Positions 22,266 through 31,675 of a stretch of DNA of 64,000 nt are shown here, in pieces. Position numbers and translations under genes: made by a program. Location of the stretch: NCBI GenBank assembly GCA_963829255.1, contig CAWHIG010000012.1, positions 23,314-87,313 of the forward strand, read 5' to 3'. Under the pieces are notes generated by a model. It was not told the DNA's origin and did not search any database. It saw nothing but the letters and a program-made list of their open reading frames with translations. The first letter of the stretch is position 1, and the number at the start of each line of letters is the position of its first letter. This DNA comes from an uncultured Bacteroidales bacterium. Its GTDB lineage: Bacteria; Bacteroidota; Bacteroidia; Bacteroidales; VadinHA17.

Positions 22266-22282
22266 GTTTCCACGTGGAACAT
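22266..22282 (+). terminator. palindrome with the same TTCCACGTGGAA core as 18624..18647
   Basis: GGTTTCCACGTGGAACA starts 6 nt after the uvrC stop. The arms are imperfect and there is no clear T-run. Confidence 0.3.
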
Positions 22283-22440
22283 ATTTAGATTAATTTATAT
22301 TAAATACCTCATAATGTGACACATAAATACCATTATCAGATCTCTTAAGTCAGTGAGGATTGAATATTTTAAATGACATGATCAAAGGGGCATGAATTTT
22401 ACCGGCAAAAACAGGCAAAATATGAAACCCCCTTTTTATT

Positions 22441-22566
22441 CCCCCCTGTGGGGGATAGCCGTCAAGTTAAGGATTTGAATTTAGTAAAAAATGGAGAAAG
22501 CTTAGTATAAAACAGAATGTGAAATATTGAATATATGCCTGATACATTTCCCCTCCTTTTGAAGGA
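22441..22566. repeat. about 125-bp dispersed repeat, copy A (homologous to 38489..38627)
   Basis: CCCCCCTGTGGGGGATAGCCGTCAAGTTAAGGA...AAAACAGAATGTGAAATATTGAATATATGCCTGATACATTTCCCC aligns with 38489..38590 at roughly 80-85% identity by eye. Confidence 0.75.
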
Positions 22567-23992
22567 CTACCCTTTATACACATCTTTTCCTTTTAAGTAT
22601 TCTAGGGCCATTTGGAAGCCGTCTGCCTTATCATAGAACCTGTCAGTTCCATCTTTTATTGATATATATCCAGGTGGTCCCTGAGATTGATAACCACTCC
22701 ATCCGCCTAGTCTTCCCATAGCCCAAGAGGCCCATTGAAGGGAACCAGTTTCAAATGGGTTTTTGAGTTTTTCCGTTTTCCCCTCAAGCTTTTCCATATA
22801 AATTGAAAGGAAGTGTAATTGTCCCTTTGAAAAAATTATGTTGGCATTAATTTTATGAGAGTTCGTGAGTGACAGCTTCAATATCATAGTAGTCAATGCT
22901 ACTTGTAAAGCCATGATAGCAAGCTTTTTAAGTCCTCCGCCTGTTTCTAATTGTGATTCTTCAATAGCTAAACCCTTACTCTTTAAAACACGGAATAACT
23001 CTTCAATAAACCACCTTTGACTGTACCATTCAATGCATTTAAGCGCATCCTCAGCGCATTCAATTGGATGCGTTGTTAGCAATCTCCATAATACAGGATC
23101 TTCTTTCCCAGGTACACTCTCTGGGAGTTCTCTTGCTTCAATGGCCCACATCTCAACATAGCTCGGTCTATTCTCAAGAGGCCTATTCTTAGGATGCCTT
23201 ATTTTTACTTTCTCATACCTTAAGGACATCTTTGCTTTTCGCTTTACCCTTTTCCGATTATTGCGGATATCAAGAGTATAAGTGGGTTTCTGCTCTGACG
23301 AACTTAGCTTTTAAAATAAATTGTAATTTTCTCCCCACAACTTTCTATTGATCTTTGCCCTTATCAACAAGTGAGTCTGATTGTCTGGAACCGTCACAAA
23401 TTCATCATAAATATCAGATTCTCTGTCACCTATAATTGTAAGGAAAGTTGCCTTTGTGAAAAATTTCTTAGTCGCTTGAGCACTTGTGATCCACCTGTAT
23501 GATTCTTTATCTTCTATGTTCTGATTATGGTAATCCCGTTCATACTTATCGGGGCTATCCCAGGGTCGGTTCCATATCTCTACTGAAGATATGCCTATAG
23601 GAAGTTGATTTTCAGAATCTATTACTAAAACTGGATGACAAAAAAAGCCTGCATTGTTCTTTTTTGTAACAGGTCCGATATCTTCATCATTCATTAATCT
23701 GCCCATATGATTACTGAAGTTTACTTCACTAGTATCCTGAAAAGCAAGCATATGCACAGGACGGTCATTGTTTTTGCATGCCCGGTACACCCCCTCGGCT
23801 AGATCCTTATGGTCAATACTGTCGTTTCCCAGCATTCTGTAGGCTCCAATTTTTTCTGTGCTTGTTGCACAGAATTTATTAACTACAACATTACCAAAAT
23901 CTAACATATCTACCATAACTTTTTCTGCTCGTTTTTCAATTCTTGAATGTGGTAAAATTCCGTTAAAAAAACGTTGAACGTTTGTCTTTCAT
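22567..23992 (-). pseudogene. Tn5-like DDE transposase, inactivated
   Basis: ORFs 23311..23916 and 22567..23229 are in the same frame, separated by an in-frame TAA at 23311-23313. The first 9 codons (ATG at 23992) are out of frame across an A7/T7 run at 23965-23971. The stop codon lies inside the terminal repeat. Confidence 0.8.
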
Positions 23993-24123
23993 GCAAAGGA
24001 TCACAAAGGACATCACAAAGGAACACAAAGGAGTGAAATCATGATATAGACTACTTATATTACAATAGCAACTAACTTATCAACACCTAAATCCCCTCCC
24101 AAAAAGATGTGTATAAAGGGTAG
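22567..24123 (-). mobile_element. IS4-family (Tn5/IS50-like) insertion sequence, 1557 bp, defective
   Basis: Perfect 19-bp terminal inverted repeats: CTACCCTTTATACACATCT (22567-22585) and AGATGTGTATAAAGGGTAG (24105-24123). Perfect 9-bp direct repeat TTTGAAGGA at 22558-22566 and 24124-24132. Confidence 0.85.
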
Positions 24124-24173
24124 TTTGAAGGAGGGGTGCCGGACCACTTTGTAATTATATACAAATGTTGATA

Positions 24174-24361
24174 CCGGCCGGGGTGGTTGATTGTTGTGGA
24201 TTTACATCAAGCTCAATTACTGTCCATAACTCAGCCTCAGCAGAAGTGGACTTGTTCCTAAGTGATGATCTGAAGAATTTAAGACTTTTCCTGTTAAAGA
24301 GGTTTTTGTTTTTCATCCAATAAAGGTAAGAAGAAATGAATCAATCAACCACCCCGGTCGG
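24174..24361. repeat. 188-bp element bounded by 20-bp inverted repeats
   Basis: CCGGCCGGGGTGGTTGATTG (24174-24193) against CAATCAACCACCCCGGTCGG (24342-24361), 19/20 complementary. Confidence 0.6.
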
Positions 24362-24420
24362 GAAATAAAATATCTGTATATATAAGATAATCATCGACCG
24401 ACCACCCCTCCTTCAAAAGG

Positions 24421-24711
24421 CTAATCTTACATCACATCTCAATTAAAGTGAATTGCAGACAGAGAGAAGGAGATCCCTCGCTGGCGCTCGGGATGACAGG
24501 TATATAGTTGATTAACAGGAGGAAGAAGCGGCGATTCGCACTGAAAACTTCATCAATAATGTCGTTGCGAATCGCCGCTTCTTCCTCCTGTGTCCAACAA
24601 AATAACCTGTCATCCCGAATTCCGACAAATCGGAGCTTGCGGAGATTTGGAGGAATGAGGGATCTCCTCTCACAGCAGGAACTTATTAAAAAAGATGTGA
24701 TGTAAGATGAG
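24421..24711. mobile_element. 291-bp MITE with Tn5-like ends
   Basis: CTAATCTTACATCACATCT (24421-24439) against AGATGTGATGTAAGATGAG (24693-24711), 18/19 complementary. Flanked by 9-bp TTCAAAAGG / TTGAAAAGG. No coding capacity; the interior is a nested palindrome. Confidence 0.75.
24516..24590. repeat. perfect 25-bp-stem hairpin inside the MITE
   Basis: CAGGAGGAAGAAGCGGCGATTCGCA (24516-24540), a 25-nt loop, then TGCGAATCGCCGCTTCTTCCTCCTG (24566-24590). Confidence 0.9.
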
Positions 24712-24765
24712 TTGAAAAGGAGGGGAAATGTCCCTTGGGCCAGTTGCCCGAAGGGCAGAGGGATT

Positions 24766-25380
24766 TTACAAACCCAGGTTAATCCCTAAAGCTTTTTCAA
24801 TCTCTCTGGAAATCTCCGGTGAACCATGGGTAACCAGACCAGTCATACCTAAGGCTTCTGCAGCCCTGACATTTATTTCAAGATCATCAATAAAAAGACA
24901 CTCCCGAGGAATAAGAGAATATTTTTCGAGGAGAATTTCATAAATCCGGCTTTCGGGCTTTGAAAATTTTGCTTCAGCAGAAATTAATCCTCCGTCGAAA
25001 TGTTTGAAAAAGTAATATCCTGTACTTATCTCTTCAAAAATGTCTGCAGGGAAGTTGGAAAGATAGTATAGCATAAAACCCCCTTTTTTTAATTCAGGAA
25101 GCAGTTTGACGTTCTGATCGAGGGGAAACATCACATCAGTGCGTAAATTGAAAATATGGGCTATTTCTTCCCTTTTGAGCGATGATTTGGATGCAATAGA
25201 ATCTAAAGCTTCAGAAATAGTGATTTCACCTTTATCGAGCTGAAGCCATTCGCTGCTCTGGAAAATATCTGAAAGAATTGTGGACTTGAGGGTTACAGGA
25301 TATTTATGCTTATCAAGATATTCCGACGGTTTGAAACTGATCAATACATTTCCAAGGTCAAAAATTATATTCTTCAGCAT
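24766..25380 (-). CDS. HAD superfamily hydrolase
   Basis: Motif I IIFDLGNVL and motif IV FIDDLEINV; 204 aa. Confidence 0.8.
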   Translation of the reverse strand: MLKNIIFDLGNVLISFKPSEYLDKHKYPVTLKSTILSDIFQSSEWLQLDKGEITISEALDSIASKSSLKREEIAHIFNLRTDVMFPLDQNVKLLPELKKGGFMLYYLSNFPADIFEEISTGYYFFKHFDGGLISAEAKFSKPESRIYEILLEKYSLIPRECLFIDDLEINVRAAEALGMTGLVTHGSPEISREIEKALGINLGL

Positions 25381-25381
25381 A

Positions 25382-26707
25382 TCAGGGGTTTTTCATGCTT
25401 ATTGGTTGTCCGGTTGCTTCAAGGACATTCCACCATAATTCTCCTTCTACATCAATTTTCTTACGTTTTGCAACCACTATTGGTATTGGCATGAGGGTGA
25501 ACTGATTATTCCAGAATCCGACAACAAAATCAGTTTTTCCCGAAAGAGCTGCGTGAACAGCATTCTGGGCCAGCAGGTTACAGAATTTACTGTCGTTTGC
25601 ATTAGCCGGAGAACTTCTGATAATATAACTTGGATCAATATATTTTATAGAATGCGGAAAGCCTTTATGTTTAAACTCTTCTGAAATTTTTTCTTTCAGG
25701 TAGAGGCCAATATCTTTATGTTTTATGTTGCCTGAGGCATCAATATCTTTATCCGGTGTTTCGAAAAATTCCTGTCCGGCTCCTTCGGCAACCACTATAA
25801 CAGAATGTTGTCTCTCTTCAAGGCGTTTTTTGAGAACCCGGAGAAAACCACGCTGGCCATATAGATCAAATGATATTTCCGGGATAAGAACAAAATTCAC
25901 CTCCTGAATCGCCAGTGCAGCGCTGGCTGCAATAAAGCCGGAATCGCGGCCCATTAATTTGACCAGGGCGATTCCATTAAAGGCGCCTGATGCCTCATTA
26001 TGAGCATTTTTGATTATATCGTTTGCAATAGAAAAAGCCGTTTCGAAGCCAAATGATTTTTGAATCAGGTCAATATCATTATCAATTGTTTTCGGAATCC
26101 CGGCAACACCGATTTTTAATTTCCGTTTTTCAATTTCTTTATGAATATCGTGAGCTCCACGGAGAGTTCCGTCGCCGCCGATACAAAAGAGCAGGTTAAT
26201 ATTCATAATCTCGAGGGTGTCAACAATTTTTTCAGTATCCTGTTCCCCTCGCGAGGATCCGAGGAATGTACCTCCATTTAAGTGTATTTCACTGACCATT
26301 GGTGCGGTAAGCTCTATAACAGGATGGTTGTATTTTGAAATAAATCCTTCAAATCCGTATTTAAAACCCAGAACACGACTGATCCCGTACCTGTAGTATA
26401 GTTCATTTACCAGGCTGCGGATAACATTGTTTAATCCCGGACATAATCCGCCGCAGGTAACAATTCCGACTTTGGTTTTTGCAGGTTCAAAATAGATATT
26501 CTCTCTGGGGCCGGCTTTTTCAAAAGATACCGGTATATCACCAGTCCCTTTACATTTGTTGAAATTTTCCAGAGAAACATCATAAAGAATCCTTTCATTG
26601 TCGTTGACAAATTTATAGACCGGACTATTTTCCCTTTGAGTGTTTTTAAGAGGGGATATTACGCTTCTTTTACCCAGGGAGGAGACAAGAAAATCCTCGT
26701 ATTTCAT
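25382..26707 (-). CDS. 6-phosphofructokinase, long form (phosphoryl donor not decidable)
   Basis: TCGGLCPGLNNVIR, IGGDGTLRGA and IPKTIDNDI, the PFK family A motifs; 441 aa. Confidence 0.85.
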   Translation of the reverse strand: MKYEDFLVSSLGKRSVISPLKNTQRENSPVYKFVNDNERILYDVSLENFNKCKGTGDIPVSFEKAGPRENIYFEPAKTKVGIVTCGGLCPGLNNVIRSLVNELYYRYGISRVLGFKYGFEGFISKYNHPVIELTAPMVSEIHLNGGTFLGSSRGEQDTEKIVDTLEIMNINLLFCIGGDGTLRGAHDIHKEIEKRKLKIGVAGIPKTIDNDIDLIQKSFGFETAFSIANDIIKNAHNEASGAFNGIALVKLMGRDSGFIAASAALAIQEVNFVLIPEISFDLYGQRGFLRVLKKRLEERQHSVIVVAEGAGQEFFETPDKDIDASGNIKHKDIGLYLKEKISEEFKHKGFPHSIKYIDPSYIIRSSPANANDSKFCNLLAQNAVHAALSGKTDFVVGFWNNQFTLMPIPIVVAKRKKIDVEGELWWNVLEATGQPISMKNP

Positions 26708-26741
26708 TTTTTATTGATTTGAAATGTAGTTAATACAGCAA

Positions 26742-26767
26742 ATATGAAAACGGCGTTGTTTTCATAT
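26742..26767 (-). terminator. hairpin downstream of the ywbE-like gene
   Basis: ATATGAAAAC-GGCGTT-GTTTTCATAT, a 10-bp stem lying 47 nt after the stop at 26814. The T-tract is weak. Confidence 0.35.
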
Positions 26768-26813
26768 AGTTCAAATTTAAAGAAATTTATGATTGATTGC
26801 CAAATATGAAGAA

Positions 26814-27005
26814 TCAGATTATCTGCTTGATTCTTCCTATAAGACCATTCTCCAGCATGACTTTAATTCCATGAGGATGATTTGGAGATGAGGTAATGAC
26901 CTCCTTTACTTTACCTTCTGTGAGACGTCCGGTACGCTTATCTTGAGTCAATTCTACTTTAACATCAATTCCCGGCTTAACATCAGCCCTACGGGTTCCT
27001 TCCAT
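26814..27005 (-). CDS. YwbE-family small protein (DUF2196)
   Basis: 63 aa with G..V.V.L.QDKRTGRLTEG.V..I.TSS.NHPHGIKV.LENG.IGR. Confidence 0.7.
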   Translation of the reverse strand: MEGTRRADVKPGIDVKVELTQDKRTGRLTEGKVKEVITSSPNHPHGIKVMLENGLIGRIKQII

Positions 27006-27146
27006 AAAAACCAGTTTTTAAAACATTCAAATAAACAGAAACAATCAGGTTCTGATAATAAAATATCAGACTGCAATAATAAAAAATATTATTACAGAAA
27101 ATATAAAAACAAATAAATGTTTTGACCAGTGCGAAAATTCCGGAGA

Positions 27147-28064
27147 TCAATAAACTCCTTTTATCTGTGTCCGGATCCTGTAAAGACTTTTACTTGCGGT
27201 TATAAATAAACTTTTCATATCCTTTCCGCCAAAACAGACATTTGCTGTCCAATCTTCAGGAACTGCGATATTTCCGACTTGTATGCCACTCTTATCAAAA
27301 ATGGTTACTCCTTTCCCGGTAAGATAAATGTTTCCATCAGTATCAATGGTCATTCCATCAGAGCCCATTTCACAAAACAGTTTCTTATTGTTCAGGCTAC
27401 CATCCTTGTTTATTGAATATGACCAGGTCTTATTTCCCCCGATATCAGCAATAAAGAGTGTTTTACCATCAGGTGTACCAACTATCCCATTGGGTTGAAC
27501 AAGATCATCAATTACCCGGATAATTGTTTTGTGGTCAGGTTCAAGATAATAAACACCCTGACATGCCTGTGGCATGGTATTATGATCCCACCATGTCCTT
27601 TTATAGAACGGATCAGTAAAATACACTCCGCCATCAGGAGTATTCCACAGATCATTCGGGCCATTAAGTGGTTTATCCTGATATTTTGAAGGAATAATTG
27701 TCACTTTTTTGTCAGGGGCAATAAGCCATAATTCATTTTTCTCGTCTGCACAGGCCCACAAATTACCCTCTTTATCAAAAGAAAGACCATTTGAACGTCC
27801 GCAAGGCTGCATAAATGTTGAGAGCTCACCTGCATTATTCCATACCATTATCCTGTCATTCGGCTGATCGGTGAAATAGACATTTCCTTTTGCATCAGCA
27901 GCCGGACCCTCAGTAAAGAGAAATCCGTCGGCCAGCTTTTCAAGCCGGGCCCCGGGTTGTATAATTTCATCCAACCCTTTTTTTTGAATAAAGGCTGCAC
28001 TAATACATACTATAAGGATCGTAATCAGTAATTTATACAGTTTCATATTTTCATAAATTTGCAC
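27147..28064 (-). CDS. SMP-30/gluconolactonase/LRE-like beta-propeller protein
   Basis: Signal peptide, FTEGPA near the N-terminus and repeated PNG/DG..Y.TD blades; 305 aa. Confidence 0.7.
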   Translation of the reverse strand: MQIYENMKLYKLLITILIVCISAAFIQKKGLDEIIQPGARLEKLADGFLFTEGPAADAKGNVYFTDQPNDRIMVWNNAGELSTFMQPCGRSNGLSFDKEGNLWACADEKNELWLIAPDKKVTIIPSKYQDKPLNGPNDLWNTPDGGVYFTDPFYKRTWWDHNTMPQACQGVYYLEPDHKTIIRVIDDLVQPNGIVGTPDGKTLFIADIGGNKTWSYSINKDGSLNNKKLFCEMGSDGMTIDTDGNIYLTGKGVTIFDKSGIQVGNIAVPEDWTANVCFGGKDMKSLFITASKSLYRIRTQIKGVY

Positions 28065-28117
28065 AATAGTACACTAAGGCTTACTCTAAGTATCACAAAG
28101 GATTTTTAATTTTTATG

Positions 28118-29038
28118 CTAACCTTTTGAAATAAGGGCATTCTTAATTCTTCCGATATAATTATCGATCTGTTCCGGTAATTCAAATCCGACAATAATCA
28201 TATTAACAGTCCCTAATCCAAGTACATATCTAAGCGAGGCATCTATTTTTTCCGAATCGTTTTTAAAATTGCCGTTGCCTATCAGTTTCATGCCAATAAT
28301 ACCCTTGCCCGCTTTATGGAGTTTTGCGATTACAGGAATTATTTTCCCGGGATCCTTTTTATCCATTGCATCTCCGAATGGATTAATCCTGACGTGGACA
28401 ACATCAACCCAGGGGCTTTCAGCACAAGCCTCCATTGCTTCCAGTGAATGAACTGAGACACCATGTGCCCTTATTATTTTTTTAGCCTTCAGATTTTCGA
28501 GGATATCCATCTGTTTTTTTTGTTTGTCGTTCCAATGAGGATCTGTCATGCAATGAATCTGTACAAGATCAAGAAAATCGGTATTGAGCTCTTTCCTGAA
28601 GCGCTCAATGACAACATCAGCATCAGGCCGTTCTGGTTCGGGAATACCGCCCTGACCGACCCATATTTTGGAACTGAGCGTATAGGATTCTCTTGGAATG
28701 CCTTTAAGAGCTGCCGCAGTAAATGGATGAGTGCCATAGGTGTCAGCACAGTCAAAAAAGCGGATTCCTTTTTCATATGCCTGATGAATGATTGATTCGG
28801 CTACACCTGCCCTGGTTATATTTGATGACCGGTTATAACCGCTGAATCCGGTCCCCATTCCGAGAAGTGTTGATTTAATTCCCGATTTTCCGAGAGTAAC
28901 AATCTGTAATGGATCTGCAGATAACCCTGCTGGTGGGGCTGTAAAACCAAAAGCAGCTTTTCCAAGTAAGACCGAGCCTGCCCCTGCAGTAATGGTCGTT
29001 GTAACGAATTGTCTGCGTGTCAGAATTCTTTTTGCCAT
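28118..29038 (-). CDS. aldo/keto reductase with Tat signal
   Basis: Twin-arginine N-terminus (TRRQFVTTTITAGAG) and the AKR motif FFDCADTYG. Confidence 0.8.
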   Translation of the reverse strand: MAKRILTRRQFVTTTITAGAGSVLLGKAAFGFTAPPAGLSADPLQIVTLGKSGIKSTLLGMGTGFSGYNRSSNITRAGVAESIIHQAYEKGIRFFDCADTYGTHPFTAAALKGIPRESYTLSSKIWVGQGGIPEPERPDADVVIERFRKELNTDFLDLVQIHCMTDPHWNDKQKKQMDILENLKAKKIIRAHGVSVHSLEAMEACAESPWVDVVHVRINPFGDAMDKKDPGKIIPVIAKLHKAGKGIIGMKLIGNGNFKNDSEKIDASLRYVLGLGTVNMIIVGFELPEQIDNYIGRIKNALISKG

Positions 29039-29057
29039 AATAGTCTTTTATAAATAG

Positions 29058-31241
29058 TTACTTTAAAACTGTGATTTTTATATTGGAAGCATGTTGTGCA
29101 TCATGATAAATTCTCTGAGTTGCTTTTTGAAAATCACTTTCTGAACATGTGTAAATATCGACAAATTTTTGCGGATTTCTGTCAACCAGGGGGAACCATG
29201 AATTCTGCACCTGAATCATAATTCGATGTCCCTTCTTAAAGGTATGAGCCACATCAGGTATTCCATATTTAACTTCTGTCACTTTTCCCGGAATAAAAGG
29301 TTGCGGTTTTTCAAAGCTGTTACGGTATTTTCCTCTGAATACTTCACCGCGAACAAGCATCTGGTATCCTCCCAGCGGAACTTTAACATCGGTTGATTCT
29401 TCTGCTTTGGTGTCGGGGGGGAAAACATCAATTAATTTTACTATATAGTCAGCATCCGTTCCTGTTGTTGAAACAAACAGATCAGCGGTAAGTGGACCGG
29501 TTAAGGTAATATCTTCAGTGAGAATATCTGTCTGATAAACAGTAACATCCGGCCGGCGGGATGCAAATCTTTGATCATCTGTCATATATTCCGCAGTCCG
29601 GTGGGTATGAACAGCATCTGCATATGGAACCGGTTTCATGGGATCGGAAATATATTCGTCAAAACTGCTTTTTCCCCCTGGTGCTGTAAATGAAATTGCG
29701 CCGGCTGGTTGAAAATATAGATTTTTTTCTACGACATTTTTGGGTGGCCAGGTATCAAAGCTTCTCCATTCGTTTGAGCCTGTGACAAATATCTCTGCTT
29801 CAGGAATATCGGAAGATCCTTCTCCTTTTAAGTAATAATCAAAGAATTGCTTTTCCTCCACCTGAAATTTCTTATTGGCATCGAGGCCCCAGTAAATATT
29901 CCCCAGATTATTTGCTTTTCCAAAAGCCCACTGGCCATGGGACCAGGGACCCATAACAAGATAGTTCTTTGTTGTTGAGGGGTTTTGTTTCTCTATTGCC
30001 TCGTAAGTATGTAAAGCACCATAAAGATCTTCAGCATCGAACCATCCGCCGACTGTCATGACTGCCGGAGTCACATTTTTCAGAAACTGTCGCGGATCTC
30101 TGGCTTTCCAGAAATCATCATAATCGGGATGAGCAAAAGCATCATTCCAGAATTTGATACTGTCTCCAAAGTATTTTAAGGCTATATTTTTGTCTGCTCC
30201 AAGGGAAAGAAAAAACTCATAATTATCCGGGACAGGCCATTTGAATGAAGGGTAGCCTTTTCTGGTCTGGGCCCTGTGAGGCTGCCCGTTGCTATAGTAA
30301 AAACTGAAACAATCAAGAAGGAAAAATGCCCCGTTATGATGAAAATCGTCGCCCAGGAACCAGGCAGTTACCGGAGCCTGGGGAGAAACCGCCTTAACAG
30401 CAGGATGTGCATTAATCAGCCCCATTGTAGAATAAAAACCCGGATATGAAATGCCAAAAATTCCTAAATTCCCATTATTATTTTTAATATGTTTAATAAG
30501 CCAATCCACTGTATCCCATGTATCTGTCGATTCATCAATATCTTTATTGCTCTTTTTTTCGGGAATAACAGGACGAATATCTTCATATACTCCTCCGCTC
30601 ATATATTTTCCTCTGACATCCTGAAAAACCATAATATATTCTGCTTCGGTATATCTTTCATAAAGCTGCATGAAGATATTAAAGTTTGCGGGACCCCCGG
30701 GTTCTATATTGTAAGGTGTTCTGTTAAGAAGCATCGGATGGGCAACCGAATTATCTTTAGGTGTATATATTGAAGTAAACAACTTTACACTATCCCGCAT
30801 TGTAATATAGATTTCCTTTTTATCATATTTCTGTTTCAATGCTTCAGGACTGTTTGGGGCAGGAGCAATAGGTGCTCTTCCAAAAGTTATTGGCAGGTTG
30901 AGACCATTTTGTGCAAGATTACCTGAAATCTCAGTGTAAGAAGCATTTACCTGGCCCGTATATTTGAATCCTGCACCGGCATGACTGAATGAAAAATCGG
31001 GAAACTTAAAAATTGTTGCTGTACTCGGGATAGCGAAAGAGCTCTGATCGGGGCTATCGAATGTTGACGTATATCCCTGATCAGATGCCTTAACATGAAT
31101 GGTGAGGCGAAGCTCCATGCCCTGAATATTTGCTTTCCCGTACCAGTCGCCTTCAATTGATTGTGAATACAAAGAGGAAAAAGATGAGATAATCAGAAAA
31201 AGCATACACAAACTAACTGAGAAAAGTGATTTTGATTTCAT
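29058..31241 (-). CDS. S15-family Xaa-Pro dipeptidyl-peptidase / CocE-NonD hydrolase
   Basis: Signal peptide, nucleophile elbow GIFGISYPG and a C-terminal beta-sandwich (H.F.KGHRIMIQVQ.SWFP); 727 aa. Confidence 0.8.
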   Translation of the reverse strand: MKSKSLFSVSLCMLFLIISSFSSLYSQSIEGDWYGKANIQGMELRLTIHVKASDQGYTSTFDSPDQSSFAIPSTATIFKFPDFSFSHAGAGFKYTGQVNASYTEISGNLAQNGLNLPITFGRAPIAPAPNSPEALKQKYDKKEIYITMRDSVKLFTSIYTPKDNSVAHPMLLNRTPYNIEPGGPANFNIFMQLYERYTEAEYIMVFQDVRGKYMSGGVYEDIRPVIPEKKSNKDIDESTDTWDTVDWLIKHIKNNNGNLGIFGISYPGFYSTMGLINAHPAVKAVSPQAPVTAWFLGDDFHHNGAFFLLDCFSFYYSNGQPHRAQTRKGYPSFKWPVPDNYEFFLSLGADKNIALKYFGDSIKFWNDAFAHPDYDDFWKARDPRQFLKNVTPAVMTVGGWFDAEDLYGALHTYEAIEKQNPSTTKNYLVMGPWSHGQWAFGKANNLGNIYWGLDANKKFQVEEKQFFDYYLKGEGSSDIPEAEIFVTGSNEWRSFDTWPPKNVVEKNLYFQPAGAISFTAPGGKSSFDEYISDPMKPVPYADAVHTHRTAEYMTDDQRFASRRPDVTVYQTDILTEDITLTGPLTADLFVSTTGTDADYIVKLIDVFPPDTKAEESTDVKVPLGGYQMLVRGEVFRGKYRNSFEKPQPFIPGKVTEVKYGIPDVAHTFKKGHRIMIQVQNSWFPLVDRNPQKFVDIYTCSESDFQKATQRIYHDAQHASNIKITVLK

Positions 31242-31270
31242 TTTGTCGATTTTTCTTTTTGCATTTAGAA

Positions 31271-31675
31271 TTATAATCCCAATCTGTAAACCAGGTCTCC
31301 GGGAGGAACAGGTTTGCCTTTTTTTGTTGCCACTCCGGTCACCTTAGCATGGACAATAAGCTTTAAATCAGGCAGCCTGTAAATATCCTGAATGAAAAGG
31401 ATCCTGGCATTTCCTTCTCTTTGAATATTCACAGTGACAATGAACTCATCGCGACTCTTAAGAGGATACTTATAGTCAATTTCCACTTTAGTAACGATAA
31501 GATCTACTCCCTCTTCATGGAGCTGAAAGAAACTGACACCTTTAGAGATAAGAAACTCATGTCTGGCATGCTCAAGATAGTGCTGGTAATTAGCATTGTT
31601 TACAACACCCTGAAGATCACATTCATAATCCCTGACAACAAACTTATAACTATATGGTTCTTTATCTTCAGTCAT
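31271..31675 (-). CDS. acyl-CoA thioesterase (4HBT/YbgC-like)
   Basis: 134 aa with VRDYECDLQGVVNNANYQHYLE, a hot-dog fold signature. Confidence 0.75.
   Translation of the reverse strand: MTEDKEPYSYKFVVRDYECDLQGVVNNANYQHYLEHARHEFLISKGVSFFQLHEEGVDLIVTKVEIDYKYPLKSRDEFIVTVNIQREGNARILFIQDIYRLPDLKLIVHAKVTGVATKKGKPVPPGDLVYRLGL

Noticed and set aside
22567-22585. The terminus ...TTATACACATCT resembles the Nextera/Tn5 mosaic-end adaptor, raising the possibility of library contamination.
   Set aside because: It differs from CTGTCTCTTATACACATCT at 4 of 19 positions. It occurs as a perfect inverted pair 1.5 kb apart around a Tn5-like transposase gene whose stop codon lies inside it. It has a 9-bp target duplication, and diverged variants recur at 24421, 38628, 39018 and 56590. 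This is a native IS family.
23311-23313. The interruptions in the Tn5-like transposases as programmed recoding, as in IS3/IS1 frameshifting.
   Set aside because: Copy 1 has an in-frame TAA plus a shift near the N-terminus. Copy 2 is broken at different places. Tn5-type transposases are not known to use recoding. The pattern fits decay.
24508-24943. Track ORFs 24508..24705 and 24728..24943 (also 38647..38853 and 40757..41032).
   Set aside because: They lie inside palindromic repeat/MITE DNA or antisense to real genes. Their composition is low-complexity and repeat-driven, and they have no family resemblance.
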